In this document: in pieces, positions 10,901 to 21,227 of the stretch
Layout of the letters: each line of letters opens with the position of its first letter
Position numbering within the stretch: the first letter of the stretch is position 1
DNA from: Pirellula sp.
GTDB taxonomy: Bacteria > Planctomycetota > Planctomycetia > Pirellulales > Pirellulaceae
Assembly (NCBI GenBank): GCA_046086605.1
Contig: JBJSXX010000290.1
Coordinates: forward strand, 1-51,887
Length of the DNA: 51,887 nucleotides
Direction: 5' to 3'
The notes under the pieces: model-generated
What the model was told of the DNA's origin: nothing
Databases searched by the model: none
The model's input: the letters and a program-made list of their open reading frames with translations, nothing else
Program-made: the position numbers and the translations under genes

Positions 10901-12917
10901 CGATGATGGCATTTTGCCAGTCGGCGATGTAGAGCGCTCCATCGCCACCGACTTCGACATCGCTGGGGCGGAAATTCGGGTCGCTTGACACAACGATCGG
11001 TTCGACTTCCTCGCAGGTGATGTCGGCCCCGTTGTATTTGACTTCGTGTTGAAGGACTCCGAGGAATCCGATGCAATTGCAAATCAAAAAGTTGCCTTGG
11101 TTTTTCTCTGGGAACAGACTGCTCGAGAGAATGCCTGTGGCAGCCACGGGGCGCACCCGCATCTTGAACCACTGCTTGTTTCCGATCCCTTTTCCGATGT
11201 TCACGTAGGATCCGGTTCCGCTGGTACCATCGTTGGCGAATTGGTAGCCCCATTGGTCGAAGACATCGCCGTGGGGGTTTGGACCAATCGGGAAATGGAA
11301 TTCCATTTCGAACGTTCTTGGGTTGAATCGGTGCACACCGCTTTCACCCGATCGAACGGTTTTGGTGGGCGTTTCCATAGCGGCGATGTTGAAGATACCA
11401 CGAGACCAGTAGAGCCAACCGTCGGGTCCCATCAGCATGGCGTTTGCTGAGTGGTGAGAGTCTGCGCTGCATACACCTTGGAGCATGCGGATCTTGAGAT
11501 CCGCTTTGTCGTCCCCGTCGGTGTCTTTAAGGAACCAAATCTCAGGGAGGGCGGCAACCAGCATGCCACCGTTCCAGAATTCGAACCCGGTGACGCTATT
11601 GAGTTCATCGGCGAAGGTGACGCATCGGTCAGCCACACCGTCACCATTGTCATCGGGCAAGCAGATGATTTTGTCGCGACGGGGTTGGGTTGGATTCCAG
11701 TGAGGATAGGAGGGCCAAACAGACGCAAAGAGCCGTCCATCGGGATCGACGGCCATTTGAACCGGGTTGATCAGCTCGGGAAACATCTCTTCGCTGGCAA
11801 AGAGATTGACTTTCATCCCTTGGGCAACTTTCATCTTCCCGATCGCTTCTTCGCCGCCAAGATACTTGTGTTTACCTTCGGACAATGCACCGGGAATATT
11901 GGTTTTGACAGTCAGTTCAGGTGGGAGGTTGTCGTCTTTGACATCGATTTCTTTGCCTTTGGCCACGGTCCAGACGCGTTGGTCTCGGTTGGTGGTTTTA
12001 ACGTCGAAGATTTCCATTTCGCGCATCATCACATCGGCATTGGATTGGCCGAACCAAGCGAGTTTGGAGCGACCGCCGAAGACGTTGTAACCATCGACGA
12101 CGCGGTAACGGCTAAACCAGTGGTAATTTTTATCGAGGATAGCATCTCGCAGTTTCTTGATTCCGCTGTTGTCCAGACGTAACGTCTCGTTGGGGAACAA
12201 GGTTTTCGCGATCACCGCCGAGACGGCTTGGTCTCCGTTATCCTCCAAGTGGATGCCGTTGATCGTCAAGGGCTTTTGGCCTTTGGATGAAGCGCTGGCA
12301 TAGAGCTCTTTCGATGGGGTGAAAATATCGACAAAGAGAACGTTCTTGTTTTCGCATACATCCCGCATGGCTTGGGTATAGAGAGCGAGTTTCGCGTTGT
12401 TCTCTTCACCGTTTGGGAGATTTGGATCTTTGAGATCTTCGTGAGCGATAGGGGAGAAGAAGACCAAACGTGGGGGAGATTGGCCATCGTATTTTTGGGC
12501 CAGCATGCCGTCGATTGTTTCGGCAAGATCCTTTTTGAAGCCTTCGAGGGCACCAGGGCCTTTAAGGGCTTCGTTGTAACCGAAGAAACAAAACACGACG
12601 TTGGCTTTGACCTTTGTGAGCCACTCGTCGGGGCTACCGAAGTTGTCTTCGCGATTACGGACTTTGAGCTCATCGCCCGGATAGCCTAGGTTCCGGACGG
12701 TCAGGTCGTACTCGGGAAACATCGCATGGATATAGGTCTCGAGCCAAGCCGTATGTTGCATTCGGTCGGCTGTGGCATTGCCGATGTAGGCGATATGATC
12801 CCCCTTGCGCAATTGCAAAGGCGGGGCGGATTGGGCGGCCCCCACAAGCAATCCGATTGTGGCCAAGCAAAAAGCGGTAATTTGGGGAAGCCTAAAGGCC
12901 AAACGAGGAAATCTCAT
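7950..12917 (-). CDS. PVC-type heme-binding multidomain protein (SGNH-like + dehydrogenase-type beta-propeller + HEAT repeats + PA14 + cupredoxin + cytochrome c)
   Basis: Signal peptide. SGNH-like blocks (RNLGYPGD, FGYNE, NGIH). Propeller (LFASEEMFPELINPVQM, FRPSDVEVGGDGALYIADW). PA14 (YTFFVASDDGSRIYVD). Type-1 Cu site (MPHN...YVCTYPGHWRRM). CVGCH followed by GPDLT and STMPQGL. Confidence 0.88.
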   Translation of the reverse strand: MRFPRLAFRLPQITAFCLATIGLLVGAAQSAPPLQLRKGDHIAYIGNATADRMQHTAWLETYIHAMFPEYDLTVRNLGYPGDELKVRNREDNFGSPDEWLTKVKANVVFCFFGYNEALKGPGALEGFKKDLAETIDGMLAQKYDGQSPPRLVFFSPIAHEDLKDPNLPNGEENNAKLALYTQAMRDVCENKNVLFVDIFTPSKELYASASSKGQKPLTINGIHLEDNGDQAVSAVIAKTLFPNETLRLDNSGIKKLRDAILDKNYHWFSRYRVVDGYNVFGGRSKLAWFGQSNADVMMREMEIFDVKTTNRDQRVWTVAKGKEIDVKDDNLPPELTVKTNIPGALSEGKHKYLGGEEAIGKMKVAQGMKVNLFASEEMFPELINPVQMAVDPDGRLFASVWPSYPHWNPTQPRRDKIICLPDDNGDGVADRCVTFADELNSVTGFEFWNGGMLVAALPEIWFLKDTDGDDKADLKIRMLQGVCSADSHHSANAMLMGPDGWLYWSRGIFNIAAMETPTKTVRSGESGVHRFNPRTFEMEFHFPIGPNPHGDVFDQWGYQFANDGTSGTGSYVNIGKGIGNKQWFKMRVRPVAATGILSSSLFPEKNQGNFLICNCIGFLGVLQHEVKYNGADITCEEVEPIVVSSDPNFRPSDVEVGGDGALYIADWQNAIIGHMQHNMRDPNRDDQHGRIYRVTPEGKQALKPAKLKGKPIAEVLAAFMSKENGTRYRARLELSSRKADEVVTALNAWSKTLDPANPTHAQALLEGLWVLEEHRKPDLGWIAKTYKAAEPRVRAAAVRTLGHWAGRIQDWGPVLLTAAKDDAALVRAEAVKSAVEFDGYDAIEAIFEASVRPTDPELDTVIRYAKQRAKIDQGLQDAIASNKKLSDAAMEYALKNASPEALLKLPKAERVYQAILDRTNASTGSLREALKGLSEMRKESSIPVILKLVGDRDQAGQTEALKGLRELLLEQPLAEIRKNRGALQNLATKAKQAETRQLGYAAWATAEGNGDAPFATASTSKEGLRDLLKAIPGIANADLKKNLFASARTLMFDLPSALEAEPKGTGLQQAGIQVDYFYPAPDNVAAETLAAIKPTDSGIVPQIVMNVPQRKQADDFALRFTGNIIIPKAGKYTFFVASDDGSRIYVDDKLLVDNDRLQGMTERSGSVELTAGPHKLMVTYFDNGGGDGLSVAWSGPGIQKQAIPADRLTAGGVGETLHDLAIQAVAAIPGYEKEKFADLTKLIKSDRQRSTAIEVLRTLPDTSWDTKELPSLVDNLVGYLSSIPAKLRTSGPATDTVELVKSLSSKLSPELAKAVSERLQNLDVRTIAIGTVVERMIYDKERIVVEAGKPVEFRFANTDNMPHNFVILKPGALEEIGLKSDAEAQDPDARERNFIPKSDKVLIASKLIGPGESQSLSFEVPKEPGMYPYVCTYPGHWRRMFGVLVVVPNLEQYNSNPEAYLAANPMEIRDELLKSVGRNTEWKIEDLAGELKSLKAGRSYEVGKSLFAAASCVGCHKLGGEGKEFGPDLTKLDDKKMNAEYVLKSLLMPSADIEDKYRARIFQMDSDAIITGMVVEENDKSIKVMVDPLAKGEPTVLDKDEIVGQKVSAVSTMPQGLLNKLTKEEILDLMAYVLSRGDKKNPAFHGHDHGGHGDH

Positions 12918-13033
12918 AATCGAATCGAGAGAAAAAGTGTTTGTAAATAGGAACAGGACGTTCCGGGAAGGAAGCTCTATTGTATCACAAACACCTCGAT
13001 GCGTGGCATAGGCCTTTTTTGGGTGATGGACTC

Positions 13034-13265
13034 GTAACGCGGGGCTCTGACCCGCAACGCGTTCTTACCATAAACAACGCCGGGTCAGAGACCCGGACTA
13101 CCCCAGGAGCTTACTACCCCAGGAGCTTACTAATCGCACCGGATCCCAACCTTTGGATGATAGACTTGTAACGCTGGGATGATCCCGGAGAAATTATCTT
13201 ACGGGGAACAGCCCAAGACGCGTCGCTAAAGCGACTAGAAAAACGGCTGAGGACAGCCGTTCTAC
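13034..13265. repeat. REP-like cluster: inverted doublet, 16-bp tandem duplication and further hairpins
   Basis: GTAAC-GCGGGGC-TCT-GACCCGC (+, 13034-13055) faces GTAGT-CCGGGTC-TCT-GACCCGG (-, 13080-13101). ACTACCCCAGGAGCTT occurs twice (13097-13128). Also GTCGC-TAAA-GCGAC (13222-13235) and GTAG-AACGGCTG-TCCT-CAGCCGTT (-, 13242-13265). Confidence 0.7.
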
Positions 13266-13285
13266 CTTAGGTTAACCGTTTTCAA

Positions 13286-14992
13286 TCAACGGTCCTTCGC
13301 GGCGATCTTGGCCCATGTATCTTTGAGAGTCACTATCCGGTTAAAGACAGGCGATCCAGGTTTCGAATCGATCGGATCAATGAAGTAATATCCGTTGCGC
13401 TCTAATTGAACGCGAGTTCCTGCCGCTAGCTCTGCCAAAGCAGGTTCGATCACCGCATGGATCACAGTCTTGCTGTTTGGATTGATGTTGTCAAGGAAAG
13501 TCTTGCCCTCAGGTGCCTCCTCGGGAGATTCGGACAGAAACAGCCGATCGTAAAGGCGGACTTCGGCGCAGTGACCTGTTGAAGCACTCACCCAGTGAAT
13601 CGTACCCTTGACCTTTCGCTCTGCTGCCGGACCACTGCCACTCTTGGTCTGAGGATCATAAGTGCACTTGAGCTCCACAACCTTACCCGACGCGTCCTTG
13701 ATCACCTCCTGACACTCGATGATGTAGGCATACCTCAAGCGAACTTCACCGCCAGGCTTGAGCCTGAAGAATTTCGAAGGTGCATTCTCCATGAAATCCT
13801 CACGCTCAATAAATAGCGTCCTAGAAAACGGGAGCTTTCGATTTCCTGCCGCTGGATCCTCAGGGTTGTTGACCGCATCGAGCTCTTCGACTTGATCCTC
13901 CGGGTAATTCGTCAACGTCACCTTGATCGGATCAAGGATCGCCATATACCTCGAGGCAATTTTGTTCAGGTGATCTCGGACAGCGTTCTCTAAAACAAGC
14001 ACATCGATCACACCATTGAATCGTGCTACCCCAATCGTCTCACAGAAATGACGTATCGACTCTGGCGTGTATCCGCGCCTCCGATAACCGCTGATCGTCG
14101 GCATTCGTGGATCATCCCAACCTTCAACATGCTTTTCGGTAACAAGCTGCAACAACTTGCGCTTGCTCATCACGGTATACGACAGGTTCAATCGAGCGAA
14201 TTCAACTTGCCTAGGATGAAAAATCCTCAGCGTTCTGCAAAACCAATCGTACAAAGGCCGATGATTCTCGAATTCCAATGTGCAGATCGAATGGGTGATG
14301 CCTTCGATGGAATCAGATTGGCCGTGCGCCCAGTCGTACATCGGGTAAATACACCACTGCGAGCCGGTCCGATGGTGATGGGCGTTCATGATGCGATAGA
14401 GCACAGGGTCTCGCAAATTGAAATTCGGCGAGCTCATGTCGATCTTGGCCCTAAGCGTCCGAGTTCCCTCCGCGAACTCGCCATTTTTCATTCGCACAAA
14501 TAGATCGAGGTTCTCCTGGACACTGCGGTCTCGATAAGGGCTGTTTTTTCCGGGTTCTGTTAGCGTTCCTCGGTACTGCCGCATCTGATCGGCGCTCAGG
14601 TCACACACATAGGCATGCCCTTCGCGAATCAATTGCAACGCCCAATCGTAGAGCTGCTGGAAGTAGTCCGAAGCGTAAAAAAGATTATCCCACTGAAAAC
14701 CCAGCCACTGAACATCGCGCTGTATCGAGTCGACGTACTCCTGACTCTCCTTGCTCGGATTAGTATCGTCGAAACGAAGATTGCATTTACCGCCATAATT
14801 CCGCGCCAAGCCAAAGTTCAAACAAATACTCTTGGCATGCCCAATGTGCAGATACCCGTTGGGTTCCGGCGGAAAACGGGTCTGAATTGTCTTACCCTGC
14901 AAAGACTCCTTGCTTGCAAAGTCCTTTTCGACTTCGACCTCAATGAAGTTTTTGTGGTGATGAGACTCTGGGTTTTCCGCTGGATGGGTCAC
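13286..14992 (-). CDS. glnS: glutamine--tRNA ligase
   Basis: Motifs [43 protein letters not shown] and EVRLRYAY. Confidence 0.97.
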   Translation of the reverse strand: MTHPAENPESHHHKNFIEVEVEKDFASKESLQGKTIQTRFPPEPNGYLHIGHAKSICLNFGLARNYGGKCNLRFDDTNPSKESQEYVDSIQRDVQWLGFQWDNLFYASDYFQQLYDWALQLIREGHAYVCDLSADQMRQYRGTLTEPGKNSPYRDRSVQENLDLFVRMKNGEFAEGTRTLRAKIDMSSPNFNLRDPVLYRIMNAHHHRTGSQWCIYPMYDWAHGQSDSIEGITHSICTLEFENHRPLYDWFCRTLRIFHPRQVEFARLNLSYTVMSKRKLLQLVTEKHVEGWDDPRMPTISGYRRRGYTPESIRHFCETIGVARFNGVIDVLVLENAVRDHLNKIASRYMAILDPIKVTLTNYPEDQVEELDAVNNPEDPAAGNRKLPFSRTLFIEREDFMENAPSKFFRLKPGGEVRLRYAYIIECQEVIKDASGKVVELKCTYDPQTKSGSGPAAERKVKGTIHWVSASTGHCAEVRLYDRLFLSESPEEAPEGKTFLDNINPNSKTVIHAVIEPALAELAAGTRVQLERNGYYFIDPIDSKPGSPVFNRIVTLKDTWAKIAAKDR

Positions 14993-15035
14993 GATACTTG
15001 AATTCGCTTAAAACAAATGGATCACGGTTTAGCAA

Positions 15036-15773
15036 CTAAAAAATCGGCTTAATACCGTACTGCTGATGGATCTGATTGCAAAGCTTGGGCTGCAATCGAA
15101 GTCCATGAGCGAGTTCACGAAGGTACTCGATCTCTTCCTTGGTATCGACATCAATCGTCGAAAGCGAAGCAGCATAAACAGCAGCCTCCATGCCCAAGGG
15201 AACCGACCAAGCGAAATCGCGGACGCTTGTGGTGTTATTGAATTCTTGACGCAAAAATTGGATGGTGGATTCATTGGTGTTGCCAACGCGTTCAAGAATC
15301 GCTTGCTGCTCTTTGGCATCGATCCGACCATCGGCTTTACCCGCATAGATCATGGCACGTATCAAAACGACCATCTGCTCTTGTTCGGCTTGGGAAAGCT
15401 GCGGTGGGGATTGCTTGGGCTGCTGTTGTCCGAAGATGTCTCCTTGGCTGCCCGCATTCCCGGTCGGAGCCGGTTGACGTTGCTGGGTTGGAGCTTGCGT
15501 CGGAGCCTTGTTGCCCACACCAAGCATATCTTCGAGTTCAGATGCCGATGGTGTCCTGGGATTGCCTCGTCCGTCCTTGAGCACACCAGGGAATTGAACC
15601 CCTCCGGAACTCGATCCACTTGGAGCACCACCGCCGAGGATATCCTTGAGGATGTCGACTCCCGAGGGACCGCTACGGCGCTGGCCGCCACCTTGAGGTT
15701 GCTGTTGTTTTGGCTGTTGCTGTTGCTGAGCACCTGCGTTGAGGATTTCAGTGAGGATATCGAAAGGATTCAT
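15036..15773 (-). CDS. DUF533 / TerB-like protein with a Gln/Gly-rich disordered N-terminus
   Basis: LIRAMIYAGKADGRIDAKEQ...VYAASL...EYLRELAHGL. Start placed at MNPFDIL. Confidence 0.85.
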   Translation of the reverse strand: MNPFDILTEILNAGAQQQQQPKQQQPQGGGQRRSGPSGVDILKDILGGGAPSGSSSGGVQFPGVLKDGRGNPRTPSASELEDMLGVGNKAPTQAPTQQRQPAPTGNAGSQGDIFGQQQPKQSPPQLSQAEQEQMVVLIRAMIYAGKADGRIDAKEQQAILERVGNTNESTIQFLRQEFNNTTSVRDFAWSVPLGMEAAVYAASLSTIDVDTKEEIEYLRELAHGLRLQPKLCNQIHQQYGIKPIF

Positions 15774-15887
15774 GCTAATTGCACCTTCTGGCAAAGCTTT
15801 AGGAAAGGAAACCTGTGTCAAAAACCATGGATTTCAAAGTATAACAAACGCCCCGTCTTTTTTCCCATGGGCCGAGCGGATCGGCAA

Positions 15888-17561
15888 CTAATTGGTCAAT
15901 TTGCGATAACGGAAACGGCGGGGCTCGTCGTTGGAGATCCCAAGTCGCTCTTTCCGCTGATCTTCATAGGTTTGAAAATTGCCTTCGCACCAGTGGACAT
16001 ATCCATCCCCCTCAAAAGCAAGAATATGGGTCGCGATACGATCCAAAAACCAACGATCGTGGGTAATAACCACCACGCAACCGGCGAAATTCAAGATGGC
16101 TTCTTCCAAAGCTCGCAACGTGTCGACATCCAAATCGTTGGTCGGTTCATCCAAAAGCAAGACGTTGCATCCCCTGCGCAGAAGCTTGGCCAAATGAACT
16201 CGGTTGCGTTCACCACCGGAAAGATCTCCAACCTTCTTCTCTTGGTCGGTCCCCTTGAAATTGAATTTAGAAACATAGGCTCGCGAGTTCATCCGCTTGC
16301 CCCCCATCTCTAACCAATCAACTCCGCCAGAGATCTCCTGGAAGATCGAATTCGTTGCGGTCAAGGAGTCGCGCGACTGATCGACGTACCCTAGTTCAAC
16401 GGTATCGCCAACTCGTATCGTTCCACCGTCTGGTTTCTCTTGGCCTATCATCATGCGAAACAAGGTCGTCTTACCGGCGCCGTTGGGGCCGATAACGCCG
16501 ACGATTCCACCTGGCGGCAGTCGGAAATCGAGATTCTCGAAGAGCACCCGATCTCCAAAAGACTTCGAGACATGTTCGGCCTCGACGACGACTTCACCAA
16601 GATGCTTTCCTGGTGGAATCTGGATTTCCAATTCGTCAGGTCGCTCCTCGAATTGCTGTGCTGCCAATTGCTCGTAGGCGCTGATACGTGCCTTATTCTT
16701 GGCTTGGCGGGCACGGGGCGACATCCGGATCCACTCGAGCTCTCGATCGAGTGTTTTCTGGCGTGCAGCCGCTGACTTTTGCTCAATTTGCAGTCGCTTT
16801 TGCTTTTGCTCCAACCAAGAAGTGTAATTGCCTTCGAAGGGAAACCCTGAACCTCGATCGAGCTCTAGGATCCACTGCGCGACATTGTCCAAGAAATAAC
16901 GATCGTGCGTAACAGCCACGACCGTTCCAGGATACTGAGCCAAGTGTTGTTCTAACCAATGAACAGCTTCGGCATCCAAGTGGTTCGTCGGTTCATCGAG
17001 TAGCAGCAAATCAGGTTGCTCTAAAAGCAACTTGCACAGCGCAACCCGGCGACGTTCCCCACCGGAAAGCTTGGTTACATCCGCATCACCCGGGGGGAGA
17101 TTCATCACGGCCATCGACATCTCAACTTGACGATCCAATTCCCACAGGTTCTGCGCGTCGATGATGTCTTGAAGCTTTGCCATTTCGTCGCAAAGCTTTT
17201 GCATCTGAATGTCATCGGTGACCTCGCCGAGCAATCCTGAGATCTCATTGAATCGATCGAGTACTTTACGCTTCGGCGCAACGGCTTGTTCAACGTTTTC
17301 CTGAACGTTCTTGGTTGGATCGAGCTGGGGTTCCTGGGGCAAGTAACCTGCAGTAAAACCGTTGCTGAGCCTTGCTGTTCCATCGAAGTTTTTATCGATG
17401 CCAGCCATGATCCGGAGCAAAGTACTTTTTCCAGCGCCGTTGGATCCCAGAACACCGATTTTCGCCCCTGGATAAAAGGCTAGCCAGATGTCTTTGAGGA
17501 CCTCTTTTTGACCATGCCGTTTGGTGAGCTTTTCAATTTGGAATATGTATTGCCGATTCAT
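15888..17561 (-). CDS. ettA: energy-dependent translational throttle ABC-F protein
   Basis: [20 protein letters not shown], two ABC domains, [20 protein letters not shown] linker and [10 protein letters not shown]. Start placed at MNRQYIF. Confidence 0.96.
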   Translation of the reverse strand: MNRQYIFQIEKLTKRHGQKEVLKDIWLAFYPGAKIGVLGSNGAGKSTLLRIMAGIDKNFDGTARLSNGFTAGYLPQEPQLDPTKNVQENVEQAVAPKRKVLDRFNEISGLLGEVTDDIQMQKLCDEMAKLQDIIDAQNLWELDRQVEMSMAVMNLPPGDADVTKLSGGERRRVALCKLLLEQPDLLLLDEPTNHLDAEAVHWLEQHLAQYPGTVVAVTHDRYFLDNVAQWILELDRGSGFPFEGNYTSWLEQKQKRLQIEQKSAAARQKTLDRELEWIRMSPRARQAKNKARISAYEQLAAQQFEERPDELEIQIPPGKHLGEVVVEAEHVSKSFGDRVLFENLDFRLPPGGIVGVIGPNGAGKTTLFRMMIGQEKPDGGTIRVGDTVELGYVDQSRDSLTATNSIFQEISGGVDWLEMGGKRMNSRAYVSKFNFKGTDQEKKVGDLSGGERNRVHLAKLLRRGCNVLLLDEPTNDLDVDTLRALEEAILNFAGCVVVITHDRWFLDRIATHILAFEGDGYVHWCEGNFQTYEDQRKERLGISNDEPRRFRYRKLTN

Positions 17562-17577
17562 AGACGTCTTGCTGTGG

Positions 17578-19212
17578 TTACTCCCACTCGATGGTTGCCG
17601 GAGGCTTGGAACTGATATCGTAACAAACGCGATTGACACCCCTGACTTCGTTGATGATTCGCGTCGAGACTCGAGCAAGCAAATCGTAGGGCAAACGACT
17701 CCAGTCTGCGGTCATAAAATCGTCGGTGTTGACACACCGGACTGCAACGGCGTTTTCGTAAGTCCTCGAGTCGCCCATCACTCCGACGCTTTGGGATTCC
17801 AAGAGAACGACAAAGGCCTGGGATGTTTCGCGATACAAATTCGCGTTTCTGATTTCGGTAATGAGAATCTCATCGGCTTCGCGAAGCACATCGAGCTTCG
17901 CCTGAGTGATATCTCCTAAGCACCGCACGGCAAGCCCTGGGCCTGGGAAAGGATGTCTCCAAACCAAATGCTCTGGCAATCCGAGTTCGATCCCCAACTT
18001 CCGAACCTCGTCCTTAAACAGATCTCGAAGCGGTTCGACTAGATCAAAGCCTAGTTGCTCAGGCAAACCACCAACGTTGTGATGGAGTTTGATCGTCGCT
18101 GCAGGGCCATCAGGAGCCGCTCCACTCTCAATCACATCGGGATACAAGGTGCCTTGGGCAAGATACTTTGCTCCATTAATCTTCAGCGCCTCTTGCTTGA
18201 AACACTCGATGAATGCATGACCGATCCGCCGACGCTTTTCCTGCGGATCTCGGATGCCCGCAAGCGTTGCAAGGAATTGCTCACTGGCATTGACCACTCG
18301 CAAGTCGGCATGAAAGTGATCGGTAAACTCCTGAATCACCGCCGATTGCTCGTCTTTACGCAGTAGCCCGTTGTCGATCAAGATACAGGTCAATTGTGGG
18401 CCGATCGCCTTGTAGAGCAGGGCGGCCGTTACCGATGAATCAACGCCGCCAGAAAGACCGCAAATAACCCTGTCGGAACCGATCTTGTTTCTAAGTTGCG
18501 AAATCGTTTGTTCCGCGAAGTTCGACAAATGCCAGCGTCCTTGGCACCCGACGACGTTGTAAAGAAAGTTATGGATCAGGGTACCGCCCAAGGCCGTGTG
18601 GGAGACCTCAGGATGAAACTGAAGTCCATAAATGGGAAGCGAGCGGTGCTTGACGGCTGCATGTGGACAAGTCGTCGTGCCGGCTAGAGTCTCAAATCCA
18701 TCTGGCAGTTTTTGGACTTGGTCGCCATGACTCATCCAAACATCGATCTCCGAAGGAAACCCAGCAAAGAGCTTCTCCATGTTCTTAATCGAAAGACGAG
18801 CTCTGCCATACTCTCGGGCCGGACAAGCCTGAACGGCTCCCCCAAGTGTGTGTGCCGTCAGTTGCATGCCATAGCAAATCCCAAGAATCGGAATTCCTAG
18901 CTCAAACAACTTCGGATCGCACTTCGGAGCCTTGTCGTCGTAAACGCTCGAGGGCCCCCCGGAAAAAATCAATGCCATCGGCTTGCGCGCCAAAACGCTC
19001 TGGGCGGAGATATCGTGCCTTACGATTTCGCAGTAGACGTTTTGATCTCGCACACGTCGGGCGATAAGCTGGGCGAACTGAGAACCGAAGTCCAGCACCA
19101 AAACCCGTTCGTTCTGCAACGGATCCGACGACAAGGTCGTGTTCTTTGGATTGTTTTCCGGATGGGTATCGGTGAGATTCGATTGCGGGCTGTTCATTCT
19201 GATCCGTGTCAA
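17578..19212 (-). CDS. guaA: GMP synthase (glutamine-hydrolysing)
   Basis: Motifs [33 protein letters not shown] and KPPATIEWE. The start may be the ATG at 19197. Confidence 0.97.
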   Translation of the reverse strand: MTRIRMNSPQSNLTDTHPENNPKNTTLSSDPLQNERVLVLDFGSQFAQLIARRVRDQNVYCEIVRHDISAQSVLARKPMALIFSGGPSSVYDDKAPKCDPKLFELGIPILGICYGMQLTAHTLGGAVQACPAREYGRARLSIKNMEKLFAGFPSEIDVWMSHGDQVQKLPDGFETLAGTTTCPHAAVKHRSLPIYGLQFHPEVSHTALGGTLIHNFLYNVVGCQGRWHLSNFAEQTISQLRNKIGSDRVICGLSGGVDSSVTAALLYKAIGPQLTCILIDNGLLRKDEQSAVIQEFTDHFHADLRVVNASEQFLATLAGIRDPQEKRRRIGHAFIECFKQEALKINGAKYLAQGTLYPDVIESGAAPDGPAATIKLHHNVGGLPEQLGFDLVEPLRDLFKDEVRKLGIELGLPEHLVWRHPFPGPGLAVRCLGDITQAKLDVLREADEILITEIRNANLYRETSQAFVVLLESQSVGVMGDSRTYENAVAVRCVNTDDFMTADWSRLPYDLLARVSTRIINEVRGVNRVCYDISSKPPATIEWE

Positions 19213-19283
19213 AGGTGGCCAGCGGGAAAACGCAAGATTATAGCGACTGGCTCTTGTTCGACTACACGAATCGCTGCCCTAGG

Positions 19284-20621
19284 CTACAAGGAAGCTGATT
19301 TCCCTTGCAATATCCCTATTAGCCGCTTGGCATGAGTTGAAATATCCAACTCGCCGATCAGCTCGATTCCGGGAGGAACCCTTTTTGGCAACCGATCCAG
19401 GGCCCGCTCCAAGTTGGAAACCAAATCGTCTTGGGAATCATGGCGGTACAAAGCGCCCGCAACCCCCTCCGGATGGAACTCTTGGATCCTTCGATGCAAC
19501 TCTGGAAATGCTCCATGGTCGGGCATGACATAGGGAAGCCCCGCAGAGACGGCCTCAAGCAAAAAAATCCCCTTCGGATCGGCATACTCGGTCGGTACGC
19601 AAAAAAGGTCTAAGCCACGCAAGTACTCGACCTTTTGTTCTCGATTCAATGTCCCAGCGTAATTCCATTGACCATCCAATCCAGCTTGCTTCAATTTGAT
19701 CTGCTGCTCTTTCCAGTACCCAGCATGCTGAGGCCCCATCCAACCGGCCAACGACAAACGCAATGATTTCCATCGAGAATTTCGCTTGAGCTCGATGAAT
19801 GCATCGACGATCCGATGCAGACCTTTCTCAGGAGCCATCCGAGCCAAATAACCCAAATGGATTGAATCGTCCGGCGTGCTATTCTCATTTTGTTTCGAGA
19901 CCGACGGCCTCATAGCCAACGCTGAATCGGTCAAAAAATCCGAAGTGGCAACGCCCAAGGGTACCACATGCATCTTTGCCGGAGGGATCCCGAGCAACTC
20001 GCGCATGGTCTTGGTATAAGCCTCCGAGTGACAAATGAAACCTTTCGTTTGCGCCACCAATCTCCGCATCTTATCGACTGCCTGGGCGCGGTGCGATGAA
20101 CTCAGAGAATCCAGGAAGATATCGTCACCCTGGAGCATCACCCAAACATCCGCATTGCTTGCCATCTGAGGTATCACCCCTCCGATGAGCAGGTTCGTCA
20201 AGACAATCGCGTCGGGGCGTATGTTGGTTTGTAGGAAGTTCAGCAGATCCTGAAACTCCTGGCGTTGATAGCCCCCGAGCCCGTCAAGCATCGAGAGAGT
20301 CAGCTCCCCCAATAATTCTGGACTTGTTTTTCCGGCCTTGGACGTCAACGCCTTGATCACCCAAGGATGATCGATCCAACCGACCATCCATCGAGGCATG
20401 TATCTAACCAGCGGAATCTTTTGGGCCAGATAGACATTGACTCCTCCGAGGAAGACTCGATCAACACTCATGTCCTCGACATCGGTACGGATGGGAGTGT
20501 AGACGGGCATAAGCACGCAATCGTGCCCGGCCTTGATCAACTCTTGAGCCACGGCGTTGTCATTCATGCACGAACCGCAAAACATCCCGGCAGCGCCTGC
20601 GGTCAAATAGGTTATTCTCAT
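19284..20621 (-). CDS. glycosyltransferase family 4 (GT-B)
   Basis: N-terminus AGAAGMFCGSC, plus GYLARMAPEKG and DPKGIFLLEAVSAGLP. Start placed at MRITYL. Confidence 0.88.
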   Translation of the reverse strand: MRITYLTAGAAGMFCGSCMNDNAVAQELIKAGHDCVLMPVYTPIRTDVEDMSVDRVFLGGVNVYLAQKIPLVRYMPRWMVGWIDHPWVIKALTSKAGKTSPELLGELTLSMLDGLGGYQRQEFQDLLNFLQTNIRPDAIVLTNLLIGGVIPQMASNADVWVMLQGDDIFLDSLSSSHRAQAVDKMRRLVAQTKGFICHSEAYTKTMRELLGIPPAKMHVVPLGVATSDFLTDSALAMRPSVSKQNENSTPDDSIHLGYLARMAPEKGLHRIVDAFIELKRNSRWKSLRLSLAGWMGPQHAGYWKEQQIKLKQAGLDGQWNYAGTLNREQKVEYLRGLDLFCVPTEYADPKGIFLLEAVSAGLPYVMPDHGAFPELHRRIQEFHPEGVAGALYRHDSQDDLVSNLERALDRLPKRVPPGIELIGELDISTHAKRLIGILQGKSASL

Positions 20622-20831
20622 CGAGTCCTGATTCTTGGGTAAGCGTGATGCGAGGCCGGGATCCATACGACTTTATCGATTGTATCACATCGGTAAAACG
20701 CACCGTTGAATATGACAAATTAGGTAATTTATTCCAGCTGAATTTCGTTGCATTCGACAACGCTTAGCCTTCCGTTAAATCTTACGTAAGTTCTTTCGGG
20801 GGCTCATTTTCTGAAAAATGCACGAGGGGGT

Positions 20832-20860
20832 TCAAGCTATTTTCCCCGCTTGGCCGATAG
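20832..20860 (+). promoter_or_regulatory. putative sigma28/FliA-like promoter
   Basis: TCAAG-N16-GCCGATAG; the spacing is 1-2 nt longer than the proteobacterial consensus. Palindromes CTTACGTAAG and CATTTT-CTGA-AAAATG lie just upstream. Confidence 0.45.
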
Positions 20861-20869
20861 CTTCCTCGT

Positions 20870-21227
20870 CGTCCCATCTTACCTGGCTTCAATCCGTAGG
20901 CAGGTCAGATGGTGTGCGATATTGCCGGTGGCCCAGAACTGATCGAGTCTATGGATGGCTCGGCCGGCAACTACTGCAAACGCAACTCGGTTAAACGGGT
21001 TCAAACATCGAGCAACATGGTTGGCCACGATCCAAGTACGGATGGATCGAGCCAAAGGAAGTGGGGCCTACGAAGTCACACCGATCGCCCTTGTGGCGAT
21101 CGTTTAGCCGCGCATGTAGAGGGCGGTTTCGGCGACGACTTCGTACGCCGAAACCGGTCTCAACTCCGTTATGCTGCGAAATGTCTGTGGTAGTCAGTAA
21201 CCCAATGTACATAGGGAGTTAGTTTAG
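20870..21227 (+). promoter_or_regulatory. long structured 5' leader (or ncRNA) with ANGGA motifs
   Basis: At least five hairpins can be paired by eye. ATGGA (20951) and ACGGA (21038) sit in loops; AAGGA is at 21055 and AGGGA in the SD at 21213. Confidence 0.5.

Noticed and set aside
15066-16313. 415-aa plus-strand ORF
   Set aside because: Antisense shadow of the DUF533 gene and ettA with no recognisable motifs. The same applies to most short overlapping ORFs in the track.
20909-21193. 94-aa ORF in the leader region
   Set aside because: No SD or motif, and it overlaps dense RNA hairpins; more likely non-coding, though not excluded.
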